The notes beneath the pieces are model-generated. The model saw only the letters and a list, made by a program, of their open reading frames with translations. It was not told the origin of the DNA and made no database searches. This document shows positions 47,883 to 61,532 of a stretch of 64,000 bases of DNA, piece by piece (positions within the stretch are counted from its first letter, which is position 1; each line of letters opens with the position of its first letter). The DNA is from Eledone cirrhosa (taxonomy: Eukaryota): assembly GCA_964016885.1 (NCBI GenBank), contig OZ024742.1, positions 84,568,001-84,632,000 on the forward strand. The letters run 5' to 3'. The position numbers and the translations under genes are program-made.

Positions 47883-49089
47883 GGAGGTGAGTTTTATTGT
47901 AGTACAATAAAGCAATGCAGATATCGGATAAGAAGCACTCTACAGTTTGTAGGACTGGAGTATACATAATATAAGATCAAAAGATGGTTAAAGGAGTTCC
48001 ATGTATTTTATTATGCGCATTTCAAAAACAAACATCATCATGCAATAATATTTGTGTTTTCATCACATAAAACAGGAGAACATGATATGAAGGCTAAAAA
48101 ACACTTGTGGATAGTGCAGTTTTAAATCAACATATGAAAAGTGGTTTTGGATTGATGTGTGATATTGGGAAAAATATTTTATTTAGAGAGGGGGGGGTGG
48201 AAAGGATGAAAAGGGGAGGAGATGAGAGGGAGAGATGGGTGATAGAGAGAAAGAGATAGTTTTTATAACTGAGAGGAGATATATTGTTTTACATAGAGAG
48301 GTTGAAAACCGTTGGAAGATAATGTATAAATTAAAAAAAAATTTGAAAATTAACGAAAGGAGGATATGTGCGAGGAAAAAGTATTTTATTTAGGGAGGGG
48401 TGGTGGAAAGGATGAAAAAAAGGGGGAGGAGATGAGAGTGAAGGTGGAGAGGGAGAGATGGGTGATAGAGAGAAAGAGATAGTTTTTATAACTGAGAGAA
48501 AGATATATTGTTTTACATAGAGAGGTTGAGAAACCGTTGGAAGATAATGTATAAATTAAAGGAATTTGAAAATTAACGAAGGGAATTTATGTATGAAGAT
48601 AGAGAGAAGAAATAATAATTGTGGATGAATATTCTAACGTCAAAAAAGGGTATGTTGTGGCAATTTCAAAATTAACGAAGAGAAAAATTATTAAGGTTTG
48701 TGTGTAGAAGGATTTGAGAAAAATAATGTGAAGTTAAAGTTTGTATATTGGAGGAATTGATAATATATGCGAATAGAGTTAATATGTATTAAGAATGAGT
48801 TCGTTGATGGGGAGAAAAAAATAATAAATTAAGGAAGAAATTGAGATTAAAAAGATTTATGATAGAGAGAAAAAAATAATGATTGCGGATGAATATTCTA
48901 ACGTCAAAAAACAGATGTATATGTTATGAATGATTTTACAAGGTGACGATAGAATGAGGGTAATGAGTAAACAAGTATTATAGAGTGTATAAAGCCCTTT
49001 AAAGTATGGTAGGAAGATGGGTATATTTTAAAGAGGTGTATGTATATGTGCCTTTGAGAAAAGATTCTAAATTGATAAAGAATTGAATA

Positions 49090-51492
49090 TTAACTGTATA
49101 CTTTGTGAAAAGTTCTATGGAATTTATGCAGGCAGATAGAAAACAAATCTGTACGTCTATTTATTATAGAATCTAGGTTAGAGATAATGGTAAATTTTTC
49201 ATTTAGGCAGAGATTACAGATTTTAGATAGAGAGCTGTTCAAGTATGAGGATGCAGAAGAAACCTTCTTCCAAAAGATGGTATATTTAATGTTTTTGTCT
49301 TTTAAGGACCATATGAGTTCTGAGAGAGCAGTGTTGGTTCTTTTAAGTTTGTATTTGAAAGATGAATGATGATTATAGAGACGAGCTTTAAAAGAGGTGG
49401 AAGTGGAGCCAAAATAGGTGAAGGAATTGGTGCTAGTTATAATTTTACATTCATAAATTAAGTTTTTATCGAGACAATGGTTGTTGAGAGGTCATTTATT
49501 TTTAATGCGGCAGTTGCAATTAGAGAGATTATTAATGAGTGACCTAGTGTTATCTATAGAAGGAATTGGATTGGAGAAGTTGTTTGCGATAGGAATAATA
49601 GGAATAATAGTTTCTTGATTTAGAGTTGGATTATGAACATTTAGCGAAGTTGTGTTTGGCGTTGTATTTGGGTTTACAGAAGTTAGCCTAGGGTTTACAA
49701 TGACGTCGGGAGTACTATTACTGTTATTATGAAATTCAATGTTGGAAGGAAGAGATTTAGTATTTAGTATTTTATTGTTGTGTTTAGAGATGATGTTGGA
49801 AATATTGGAGGATGTGGAATAAGAAAATGTGATGGTGTGTTTGTTAAATATTTTACTATAGATATGTGAGGGAGGGAAGCATTTATTTAAGGCACTAAAA
49901 AATAATTTAGGAATATTGTTATTAATAGAGATGGAGAAAGGAGCATTATACCAGATTATGTTTTTGTATCTAGGTCTTTTATTAAAATTATTGGAATGAT
50001 CATGATTAATTATTCTACTGTAAGTTTTTCTAGAATTTGTTTCTTTACTATATTTGATTTTATCTGGATAGCCGGCTTTAGAAAGTGCGTTATTATAGTA
50101 ATTGGCGTTAGCATCAAAGATGTTTTTATTAGAGGATATGTTAGATATTCTTTTTCCAATATTACTAACTATAGCATTCTTGATATTGGTAGGATGGTTA
50201 GATTTAAAGTTAACATAATTTAGGTTCTCATTGTTTTTATGGTAAGGGTAATATAGGCCAGTGTCAAGATTAAGAGATACATCCAAGAAATTAGCTAGTT
50301 TGATACTATTATCAAATTCAATTTTTAGGTTATGTTGGTTAAAGAGATTACGTATATTGTTCTTAATAATATTAAGGTTAACTATATTGCAATTTAGGAT
50401 AGTAAAGAGTCCATCGTCACGATAAATTCCACCGCGAAGTTGAGGAATTTCCCGACTCAAAGAGTTCAAAATGAAGATACCAATTAAATCAGTCAATTGG
50501 GATGAATCGGATGCTCCCATTGTGATGTCGAAGTTGTTAGAGGTATCGGCTCTGGTTCAATATTCGTTGTTGAACTCTAGGATGGTTTTACGTGCAGTGA
50601 GGATGATGTGAAGTTCATCTGTGGTGATGTCAGAATATTTAAGTGCGAAAGATAGAGCATTATTGAGAAGTGAAGGCGAAATGGAGGAATAGTAGCTGGC
50701 AATATCAAATTGAATACATTTTAGTTTGTTTTTATTATCCAATTTGTTGAACCAGCCAATCACCTCAGAAGTGCCAAACCATAAATTTAGGTTCAAAGAA
50801 GAGCAATTAGAACTAACCTGTGGGATAATTCTATCCAAGATGGCTTTACTAACAACCCCCAGATCAGATTTAGAGGGGGCAATTAATCTAACAGGTAGTT
50901 CAGTGCGGAAATTGTTTTTGTGATCCTTGAGATTTATCCTCGGAGTTCTTGGGAGGAATGGTTCGGTCTTTTTTTCAATGCCAAGTTTTGACATAATCTC
51001 AGAGGCTTCAAGGTTTATGTATTCTAAATTTTCATGGTTGGTTTTACGATACTTTTTCCTAAGTTCCTTTAGGATAAGGTTGTTATAATTATCCTTGGAA
51101 ATACCATATAAGTTATTGGTTTTGTCAGAGTGGACTAAAACATTTTTTGAGGAATTTAGGTTAGAGATTGTGTTCTTGAGATTTACAAGATGCTCTTGTC
51201 CTTTGTAAGGGTATCTCTTGAATTTAAGATTTTTTATTATTTTAGTTAATTCTTCCTCGAATTGTACTAGATTTTTGTTGGAAGGAGGATTTCGTCTAGA
51301 ATTAAAAAGATGATCGAGGAAGTTATGTTCTTTGGTATGGAAGTTCCCTTATAGACGCTGGTCATAGAAATAGGCTGTCCATCTAAGTCTTCTTACGAAG
51401 GAGTCAGTTTTTTCAATAAGAAGTTTGGTGAATTCAGATTTACCAGGTATAGGAATGTCTTTAGTTGAATTGGTTATGTTGTAATAATCCAT
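49090..51492 (-). pseudogene. PLE RT + GIY-YIG polyprotein, 800 codons, three in-frame stops, no frameshift
   Basis: MDYYNITNSTKDIPIP..FVRRLRW..SDKTNNLY..FDIASYYSSI..FDITMGASDSSQLTDLIG..IYRDDGL..SNHP..NCNCR..LIYEC..YFG..CNLC..CLH. Stops at 51349 (TAA), 50557 (TGA) and 49492 (TGA). Confidence 0.92.
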
Positions 51493-51692
51493 GTTGTAGA
51501 AGAAGAGGTGAAGGACCATCAAAAGGTATCCAATATGAGAGTAAGCGCTCAACCGTTAAGGAGCAAGTTAATGTAGGAGGTGAGTTTTATTGTAGTACAA
51601 TAAAGCAATGCAGATATCGGATAAGAAGCACTCTACAGTTTGTAGGACTGGAGTATACATAATATAAGATCAAAAGATGGTTAAAGGAGTTC

Positions 51693-52471
51693 CACATATC
51701 TATAGTAAAATATTTAACAAACACACCATCAAATTTTCTTATTCCACATCCTCCAATATTTCCAACATCATCTCTAAACACAACAATAAAATACTAAATA
51801 CTAAATTTCTTCCTTCCAACATTGAATTTCATAATAACAGTAATAGTACTCCCGGCGTCATTGTAAACCCTAGGCTAACTTCTGTAAACCCAAATACAAC
51901 GTCAAACACAACTTCGCTAAATGTTCATAATCCAACTCTAAATCAAGAAACTATTATTCCTATTATTCCTATCGCAAACAACTTCTCCAATCCAATTCCT
52001 TCTATAGATAACACTAGGTCACTCATTAATAATCTCTCTAATTGCAACTGCCGCATTAAAAATAAATGTCCTCTCAACAACCATTGTCTCGATAAAAACT
52101 TAATTTATGAATGTAAAATTATAACTAGCACCAATTCCTTCACCTATTTTGGCTCCACTTCCACCTCTTTTAAAGCTCGTCTCTATAATCATCATTCATC
52201 TTTCAAATACAAACTTAAAAGAACCAACACTGCTCTCTCAGAACTCATATGGTCCTTAAAAGACAAAAACATTAAATATACCATCTTTTGGAAGAAGGTT
52301 TCTTCTGCATCCTCATACTTGAACAGCTCTCTATCTAAAATCTGTAATCTCTGCCTAAATGAAAAATTTACCATTATCTCTAACCTAGATTCTATAATAA
52401 ATAGACGTACAGATTTGTTTTCTATCTGCCTGCATAAATTCCATAGAACTTTTCACAAAGTATACAGTTAA
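51693..52471 (+). pseudogene. Open GIY-YIG half of the ORF on the inverted arm
   Basis: ORF track 51677-52471; near-identical to 49090-49868, with TGT at the 49492 stop position. Confidence 0.85.
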
Positions 52472-53573
52472 TATTCAATTCTTTATCAATTTAGAATCTT
52501 TTCTCAAAGGCACATATACATACACCTCTTTAAAATATACCCATCTTCCTACCATACTTTAAAGGGCTTTATACACTCTATAATACTTGTTTACTCATTA
52601 CCCTCATTCTATCTTCACCTTGTAAAATCATTCATAACATATACATCTGTTTTTTGACGTTAGAATATTCATCCGCAATCATTATTTTTTTCTCTCTATT
52701 ATAAATCTTTTTAATCTCAATTTCTTCCTTAATTTATTATTTTTTTCTCCCCATCAACGAACTCATTCTTAATACATATTAACTCTATTCGCATATATTA
52801 TCAATTCCTCCAATATACAAACTTTAACTTCACATTATTTTTCTCAAATCCTTCTACACACAAACCTTAATAATTTTTCTCTTCGTTAATTTTGAAATTG
52901 CCACAACATACCCTTTTTTGACGTTAGAATATTCATCCACAATTATTATTTCTTCTCTCTATCTTCATACATAAATTCCCTTCGTTAATTTTCAAATTCC
53001 TTTAATTTATACATTATCTTCCAACGGTTTCTCAACCTCTCTATGTAAAACAATATATCTTTCTCTCAGTTATAAAAACTATCTCTTCTCTCTATCACCC
53101 ATCTCTCCCTCTCATCTCCTCCCCCTTTTTTTCATCCTTTCCACCCCCCCTCCCTAAATAAAATACTTTTTCCTCGCACATATCCTCCTTTCGTTAATTT
53201 TCAAATTTTTTTTAATTTATACATTATCTTCCAACGATTTTCAACCTCTCTATGTAAAACAATATATCTCCTCTCAGTTATAAAAACTATCTCTTTCTCT
53301 CTATCACCCATCTCTCCCTCTCATCTCCTCCCCTTTTTCATCCTTTCCACCCCCCCCTCTCTAAATAAAATATTTTTCCCAATATCACACATCAATCCAA
53401 AACCACTTTTCATATGTTGATTTAAAACTGCACTATCCACAAGTGTATTTTAGCCTTCATATCATGTTCTCCTGTTTTATGTGATGAAAACACAAATATT
53501 ATTGCATGATGATGTTTGTTTTTGAAATGCGCATAATAAAATACATGGAACTCCTTTAACCATCTTTTGATCT

Positions 53574-53635
<62 letters not shown>

Positions 53636-53637
<2 letters not shown>

Positions 53638-55558
53638 AGATATTAATAAATGGAAACTATATTTATAAAACCATATTTATTTTAGTATATATATTTCAAG
53701 GGCGACCAAGCAATCTTGGTGCGCTTTCATCAGATAAAATACAAGATTTGTTTTATAAATAATGAAATCAACCTTAACGGTCGGAAAATTCGCTGGGTAG
53801 TGGAAACTTAGGGGTAATTCAAAATGATGTGTGAATATGCAAATGAATGTATGAAACATTGAAAAAGACAACCGTTTATTTAAATTACGCTAGTGAAAGA
53901 TAGGAAAGAAAGACAAGAAAGAGAGAGAAAAAATAGAGAGGGAAAAAATTACTGCTATGAGAGAGATAGAGAGAAGAAAGAAATTTCTCGGAGGATGAAC
54001 TCAAGTAACGTAAATACGTCTTAAGTTTTTATTAATGTTAGGTATCTTTACTAATTATCATAGGCAGACTGGTACTCATTTCTACAGCTGAGTAAACTGG
54101 AGCAACGTGAAATAAAGTGTCTTGCTCAAGGAAACAACACATCACCCGGTCCGAGAATTGAACTCACAACCTTTCGATTGCAAGCCCAATGCTCTAACCA
54201 CTAAGCCATGCGCCTTCACATAATACGATATAATATCTATATTTTTTTCTATATACTTATAATTAGTAAATATAATAATATGATATAATATTTACTAATT
54301 ATAAGTATATAGAAAAAATATAGATTTAAAGATATATTGAAAAATAAATTGAAAATAAATAGATATACAGTAGAAAATAGTAGAATCAATATATAGAAAA
54401 ATATAGATAGAAGAATAGATATATGAGTGGATAAATGGGTATATCATGTTATAGATAATTGTTTTAATAAGTTATGAGGGATACTGGTTTATATTTAGTG
54501 TAAGTAATAAAATTAACTGAGTTAATAAGATTATTTATATGTTTTTAATGTTTTAAATTGTGAAGATACTGAAAATCCCAGGTTTGTTTATTAATTAGCT
54601 AGTATGAGACCATTTTGACGAAGATATATATGTTGAAAGATATATTTAGCCAGAATTAGTTAATTATTGGTTATAACTCTAATATTAAATAATTACAAAA
54701 TATTAAAAGTATTAAAAAATATTAAAAAATATTAAAAAATATTTAAAAATATTAAAAAATATAAAAAAATATTAAAATATTTAAAGTTCTGGAAAAAAAT
54801 TCTGGAAAGAAATTCTGGAAAAAGTTTCTGGAAAAATTTTTTGGAACAAATTTAAAAGAAAAAACACTTAAAATAATTTTCGAAAAATTTAAAAATCTAA
54901 GATACTCAAAAACCCTTTTAAAAAATAAAAATACTTAAAAGGTATTTAAACTATTTAAAATGTTTAAAGATATTTAGAAATATTAAAACATTTTAAATAA
55001 TCTTTAAAAAGTAATTTTTTTAAGAAAGAAGTAATTATATTAGAAATCTAACAATAATTAGTAAAGATACCTAACATTAATAAAAACTTAAGACGTATTT
55101 ACGTGACTTGAGTTCATCCTCCGCTAAATTTCTTTCTTCTCTCTATCTCTCTCATAACAGTAATTTTTTCCCTCTCGATTTTTTTCTCTCTCTTTCTTGT
55201 CTTTTACTAGCGTAATTAAAATAATCGGTTGTCTTTTTCAATTTTTCATACATTCATTTGCATATTTACACATCATTTTGAATTACCCCTAATAAGTTTC
55301 CACTATCCAGCACATTTTCCAACCGTTAAGGTTGATTTCCATGGGTATGTCATTATTTATAAAACAAATCTTGTATTTTATCTGATGAAAGCTTTGTCGG
55401 CCTTGAAATATATATAATAAAATAAATATGGTTTTATAAATATAGTTTCCATTTATTAATATCTTGGAATATTTACTCCAGTAAACTGTTGAGTGCTCTA
55501 TATCAGTTATAAACATTTATATTTATCGGAATTACAACAAATTAAATATAACTTCTAC
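53636..55558. mobile_element. Non-coding fold-back PLE derivative with two hammerheads (53678-53741 minus, 55374-55424 plus)
   Basis: Arms 53636-54058 and about 55052-55466 are diverged reverse complements. Both carry tattttat CTGATGA aag...ctt GAAA tatata TA. Tail extends to 55558. Confidence 0.85.
54065..54218 (-). mobile_element. tRNA-derived SINE 5' half with a CORE-like block
   Basis: Reverse complement reads ggcgcaTGGCTTAGTGGttagagca..GAGTTCAATTC..ccttgagcaagacactt. Confidence 0.8.
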
Positions 55559-55607
55559 ATATATATATATATATACACATATATACACATATATGTGTGT
55601 GTGTGTG

Positions 55608-55688
<81 letters not shown>

Positions 55689-56019
55689 CGAATCTCAGAC
55701 GGGTTGGTGTGTTGTGTTCATTGAGCTGCAGAAAAGAGGTGCGATATCACTGGTGTCAAACTCTATCGGCTAGTGCCTTTCCCTGGGGCAATATCGGTGG
55801 CATAGATGGATGAAACTGGCATGCATGGGCAAATGCCGGTCTTCCACAAACACACCCTTGCACAGGCTTGCGCCTTGAAGAGGAACTTTCTAGGTGTAAA
55901 GCCATGGTCCTTCCTGACCGAAGGAGTTCATGATACATATGTATATACATATGTAGAGACCTATATATGTGTGTATCCCTTTCCTTCCTATTACACACAC
56001 ATACATTCACACAAACACA

Positions 56020-56705
56020 CAAACAAGTTGTGTGATGGACGGGTGGACAGAAGTCCTCAAATTTATATACATGGGAATGGATTTCTACTGAAGCAGTTAG
56101 AGAAATGCAAGTATCTTGGAGCCGTATGCATGAGTGATGGAATTCAGGAGGCTGAATTAAGTGCAAGAATTGCAAAAGCTGATGCAGTAATGCTGCAGCC
56201 CCAGAATTCAGCATTCAGGAGTAGAGTGTAAGTGTAAAGCCATACTCGCTATTTTCCTGGTATTCCTGCCAACTCTTACCGAGGATCATGAGTAATGACC
56301 AAAAGAATACAATTAAAAATAAAAGCGGCAGAAATGGGATTCCTCCGAAGAGTCTTTGGAGTAACGTCAGTCGATAAAATGCGTAATTCAGAGACCATAG
56401 AGTCACTCATGATAGAGCCGCTACTTCTCCGAATTGAGAGATCACAACTCCGATATTATGAGCATGGGCTTAGAATGTCTCAGTAAAGAATCGCTGGACA
56501 CATTTTACAAGCAAAACCAAACAACAAGGGACCTAGAGGTAGTCCTTAAGCAAGATAGTTGCATAACATACATGAGCTTGGCTGGTCTTGCTTTGGGATC
56601 CTGCTGGATCAGTTAGAGATGTTTGCTACAGACAGACTCGCTGCAAGGAGTGTTTGAGAAGGACTCTGCCCCCCACGACCCTCTCAGAAATAAATGGCTG
56701 AAGAA
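56020..56705 (+). pseudogene. RTE LINE 3' fragment
   Basis: LKQLEKCKYLG..ELSARIAKA and KIKAAEMGFLRRVFGVTSVDKMRNSE..RIERSQLRYYEH. Confidence 0.8.
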
Positions 56706-56764
56706 GTTGATATTGTCGATTTACTTATCAATTTACACACACTCACACACACATACACACACAT

Positions 56765-56817
<53 letters not shown>

Positions 56818-56985
56818 TATAATACGAATATGCACACTACATGTGCTAGTAGAAAACCGGCAACAGACGGTTTTACTGCTAGTATCAATAATATTTCGTT
56901 CAAAAGCTCAATAAACCTCTGATTACAGCATGATATTCTTCGTCAGTATGTTTAGGTATTTGCGAAAATGCCTCTCACGGGCTTA

Positions 56986-57028
<43 letters not shown>

Positions 57029-57180
57029 AAGCAAATTATAAACGTAAACATGTAAGTATGTTTTTGAAACGGTGCGCGAGTTTGAAATTAGAAATTAGAA
57101 ATTATAAGCTTTCACCGTATTTTAGACTAAAGAAATTTCTAGCCTGATAGTGGGGTTTATAACCCTCGGAGAAATGCCTA

Positions 57181-57231
<51 letters not shown>

Positions 57232-57315
57232 AATTAGCGCGAATCGTATTTCGGCTTTGGAAATTAGCGAAAAACAACTTCCGAGATGTGTGGCAAGCGC
57301 TCAATAATTCTAACG

Positions 57316-57547
57316 GTGGTAGAACACTGGAAGGTAATATCCGTAGTGTTAGAGCACTCAGTCAATGGGAAAGGTTAGGTAGAAGTGGTTACACAGCAGT
57401 TAGTTCACCATACCAAGAACAATTGTTTCACCTTAGCGGATCCTCAGCTCGTAATGGACCGTATAACCATGCCCATTACGAGCTGAGGATCCGCTAAGGT
57501 GAAACAATTGTTCTCGGTATGGTGAACTAACTGTTGTGTAATCACTT
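57316..57547. mobile_element. Mini fold-back of family G with two hammerheads (57414-57451 minus, 57479-57516 plus)
   Basis: cgag CTGAGGA tccgctaaggt GAAA caattg TT ctcg; both arms share the G at core position 7. Confidence 0.88.
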
Positions 57548-57612
57548 ATATATATATATATATATATATAAAAACGGATTGGACACTACCGTAAACTCTT
57601 GGTAGATTTATC

Positions 57613-57665
<53 letters not shown>

Positions 57666-58109
57666 CATAAACAAGGGTATCATAATATCAAATATTATAC
57701 TTCTTTCATGAAAAAAAACTATGTTTATTCCTTTACATATGTTTCGAATCAGGCATGACCTCCCATCATTCGAAATGTCATTCGAAACATATGTAAGGGA
57801 ATGAATGTATGTTTTTTGGTGAAAGAAGTATAATTCCGTTAATACCAATGTTTATATTTGCTCTACATTTATATGTATTGTCTCTCATCCACGCTCATAT
57901 CATTTCTTCTTCAAACCATTACATATTATATAAAAGCGTCGAGCTACTCCTCTATCTTAAAATCTGGGCAATTACATACTATCATTTCAATGCTCTACTT
58001 TCATTTGAGAATTGTTAGTATAGTCCTAACTTTATATATATATATATATGTGTGTGTGTGTGAGTGTGTGTGTGTGTGTTTATATGTATATACATACACA
58101 CACATACAT

Positions 58110-58155
<46 letters not shown>

Positions 58156-58197
58156 GAGAGGAGAGAATACACGCAAAGTTTGTGTTCGCATTACACG

Positions 58198-58998
58198 GGG
58201 TATATTACCACTAGAGGGAAAAACATAAAAACTACGAGAGGTACAGGAAAAACATTATAATCTAAAAGATTAATTAAAATGGAAAACGTACCTTCATAAC
58301 TATGACAGCTGTATTGTGCCAAAGACATCTTGTTTCGCTAAATAGTGCAAGAATTATATTTTCCATAGATCACCAGCAGGTGTTTGAGAAAATATGTTTC
58401 ACACTTCTAATTAGAAATTAGGTAACTAGTCGTCAGCGCGTAGGGAGAGAAAAGAAAAAAATACGTGCTTCAGACCGTAGCTAGTGGCCTGATAGGGAAA
58501 TAAAACTGCTAGAATTTGCAGCATAAGTCCATCCAAATTAAGTTGAGCTCAGTAAACAGAGACATTTGTAAGGTGCTAAATTATTAAATGAAGTAACGGA
58601 GTAAAGGTCTCCCGTTAATCGCTGTAATTTAATGAGCCCAAGGAAATTTTTTCCGGGCTCTTCAAAATACATAATAGAGAAGAGAGAATACATGCAAATA
58701 ATTTGTTTTCATTACAGGGGGGGGGGGGTCTATTACCATTAGAGGGAAAACACATAAAAACTTTGAGAGGTACACGAAATATATTAAAATCAAACAGATT
58801 AATTAAAATGGAAAACATACCTTCATAACTACGAAACCTGTATACTGCCAGGGAGTGATTGTTTCACTAAATAGTGCAAAAATCATATTTTTTATAGATC
58901 AAAAGCAGGTGTTTCAAAATCTGTTTTACACTTCTAATTAGAAATTAGGTAACTAGTCGTCAGAACTCGGGGAGAGAAAAGGAAAAATACTACGTGCT
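58198..58998. repeat. Diverged direct repeat, period about 527 bp
   Basis: agagggaaaa..gattaattaaaatggaaaac.taccttcataact..ctaattagaaattaggtaactagtcgtcag occurs twice. Confidence 0.75.
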
Positions 58999-59003
58999 TT
59001 ATT

Positions 59004-59059
<56 letters not shown>

Positions 59060-59101
59060 ATATATATATACTATACATATATATATATATATGTATGTGC
59101 G

Positions 59102-59136
<35 letters not shown>

Positions 59137-60357
59137 ATATATATATATATTTATGTATGTATATATATATATATATATTTGTTTTTATGTTTTGAGAGAG
59201 TTATGATGTTTTAATATTGCCAACTTATTGACTGGACTTGATGTTTGCTCTTTAAACTATGCTGCTGCTCGAACTTTGTGGAGAAAAATATCTCATTTTG
59301 ATGTCTGCAACAGGCGGAGTTATAGCGTCACAAGAAGAAAAGAAAGAGAATATTGTTAACAATAGTCAATCCCAGTGGTCAGATACACAAGTAAATGTGT
59401 AAAGTCACTAAATAAGTGCATTTCGAGTATATTAACTCTAACGCAGTGTAAGTAAATGACTGCTGCAAATGAGTAATGATCGCGAAATACATGTAAATCT
59501 CTTCGAGGAATTGCACACGGTCTCACCAATATAATTTTTTGACGTTTATGTTAAGGATGGAATCTCAGTAATGAATGACTTGTTTTGCAGTCAGCATGTT
59601 TTCCTACGAATTCTTTGATGGAAGACTGTATGACTAACAACACATCTAGTTTACGCCAATGCTCTGAGCACATGTATGTTCTTGAAAATTCCCATAGGGT
59701 TTTGTCATGATTGCTGAAGCGCTTCAGCAGTTATTCTACGTTATTATTTCATTTGTCCATACCAAAATGCGGAGGACTATGAGCGAGGGTTCACGCCAAA
59801 TTAAGCATTAAGATCAGAAAGATCAGAACGCAGAACGAGCTGTTCATAGCGATGCTGCTGATGTGTGCTGAGAGGCTGTTTTCCTTTGAGTTGGAGAACT
59901 GTTTCGAGACATACTAGGTGCATGGAATTTTAGTGGTGATGATCGGGAGAGCAGGTATCTACTCAGTGGCATTTTCTAGTTCTACATTACGGAGCAGACC
60001 AAATTTTACAGCGAATAGAAATTTAGGCTTTGTGGGAAGAGAAAAGACATTTATTTGTCAATCTAAGACATTGTCATTGTTTGCTCGGTATGCAAATGCG
60101 GCTCAGCGGATGTGTACTTAAGAAAAATACTATATATTTTCAACCGTTTAACAGATTTGGAAGAGAGGTATACAGTCCTCATAAAAAGTAATGACTCAGA
60201 AACATGTTGATTGTTCTTCAATGCCAGTGTTGAAAAATGGATGACGATTAGTCGTCTACACCGCACAGCTTTAATCGGCCCGTTTCTTTACAAACGGATC
60301 GAACATTATCATTAATATTCAATATAACCCATACTTACATATGTATATGTATATATA

Positions 60358-60425
<68 letters not shown>

Positions 60426-61532
60426 AAAGAATAGAGGTGTAACACACGAGTTGTGATATATTGGTAAAAGGAAAAGAAAATGCTGACAAATTGTTCCCAG
60501 TGAAAAATAGTTTCATTAGGAATAAGTAAAAATTAGTAATAAGTATTGGTTAGTATTCAGTTTTGGTTTTAAGTTTTTACCGGTTGCGCATTTCTAATGT
60601 TTTCAAAAATAATTTTGAGATAGAGCACCCGTGATGTTTGCTCTAACCTGATCAGTTTTGAAAATTATACCTGTTTTATGTGAAAAAAGTTGCTCCAGAG
60701 GTATTAAAATAAGTTTCGCGCCAATTCGTGTTGCAAAATTTCTTGTGGTCAAAACAATTTTGATTCGTCGGTAGAGGTTACGTGGATGTTAAAAATTGAT
60801 TTTGCGCCAAATGTAGGGTTGTCGAAGAGTGTCCTTTTCGCCTGATTGAGAAGTCACTGAAAAATAAATCTCTTAAGACAAATATGTGTGTGTGTGTAGT
60901 AAAGAGGGTCTTTGTTGTGATAATGGTCAGTAGGGATGTGTGTGTGAATTGCAGTCATGTTGACAGGACAACAGTTCAGGTGCCTATTAAGACAAATATG
61001 TGTGTGTGTGTATGTGTGTGTGTTGCAGAGTAATTCGTGGTAGAGGGATCGGTCAGTAGGTTTGTGTCTGTACGTGTGTGGGGGAATTTTAACATGTTAA
61101 AAGCTATTTTTCAGCTCTTGTCTTATACGGAGAAGTGTGTGTGTGCGTTTGTGTATGTGTGTGTATGTGTATGTGTCTCTTTGTATGTTAGTGTACGCGT
61201 GTGTATGTGTGTATGTATATATATATGTGTGTATGTGTATATGTGTGTATGTGTGCGTGTGTGTGATGAACCAGTATTTTTGTGATACTGGTAAAAAGGG
61301 TGTACAGTATTCGATATTTTCAGCAAAAACGATTCTCCCAAGAGAACATCAAAAACCGTAATAATAAAAGGTGTGAAATGATATATAGTATTGTCATAAC
61401 ACCAAGGTGTGTGTGAGTGTCCAGATTGTACGTACTGCAAGGGGAATCCATTAGGCCCTGCCGTATTGGAATACTTGTGTACAAATATGTATGTGCCCAT
61501 CAGTGTGCAATGCATGTGTAATGCATGTGTAA

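Larger units (their letters stand above)
47880..53581 (-). mobile_element. Full-length PLE with upstream partial direct repeat (51573-51694) and 1.9-kb inverted arm (51693-53581)
   Basis: Contains tail, HHR (48005-48073), long 3'UTR, full ORF and 5'UTR. Segment 51693-53581 is the reverse complement of about 47966-49868. (TA)n on both sides. Confidence 0.95.

Noticed and set aside
49492-49494. In-frame TGA at a conserved Cys (NCNCRIKNK*PL), suggesting a selenocysteine-recoding PLE as reported for some Naiad elements
   Set aside because: The inverted arm of the same insertion has TGT there. The other TGA replaces Trp, a TAA is also present, and I see no convincing SECIS. A point mutation is the simpler explanation.
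59760-59850. Possible hAT dimerisation motif (YERGF)
   Set aside because: Too short and degraded to support a call
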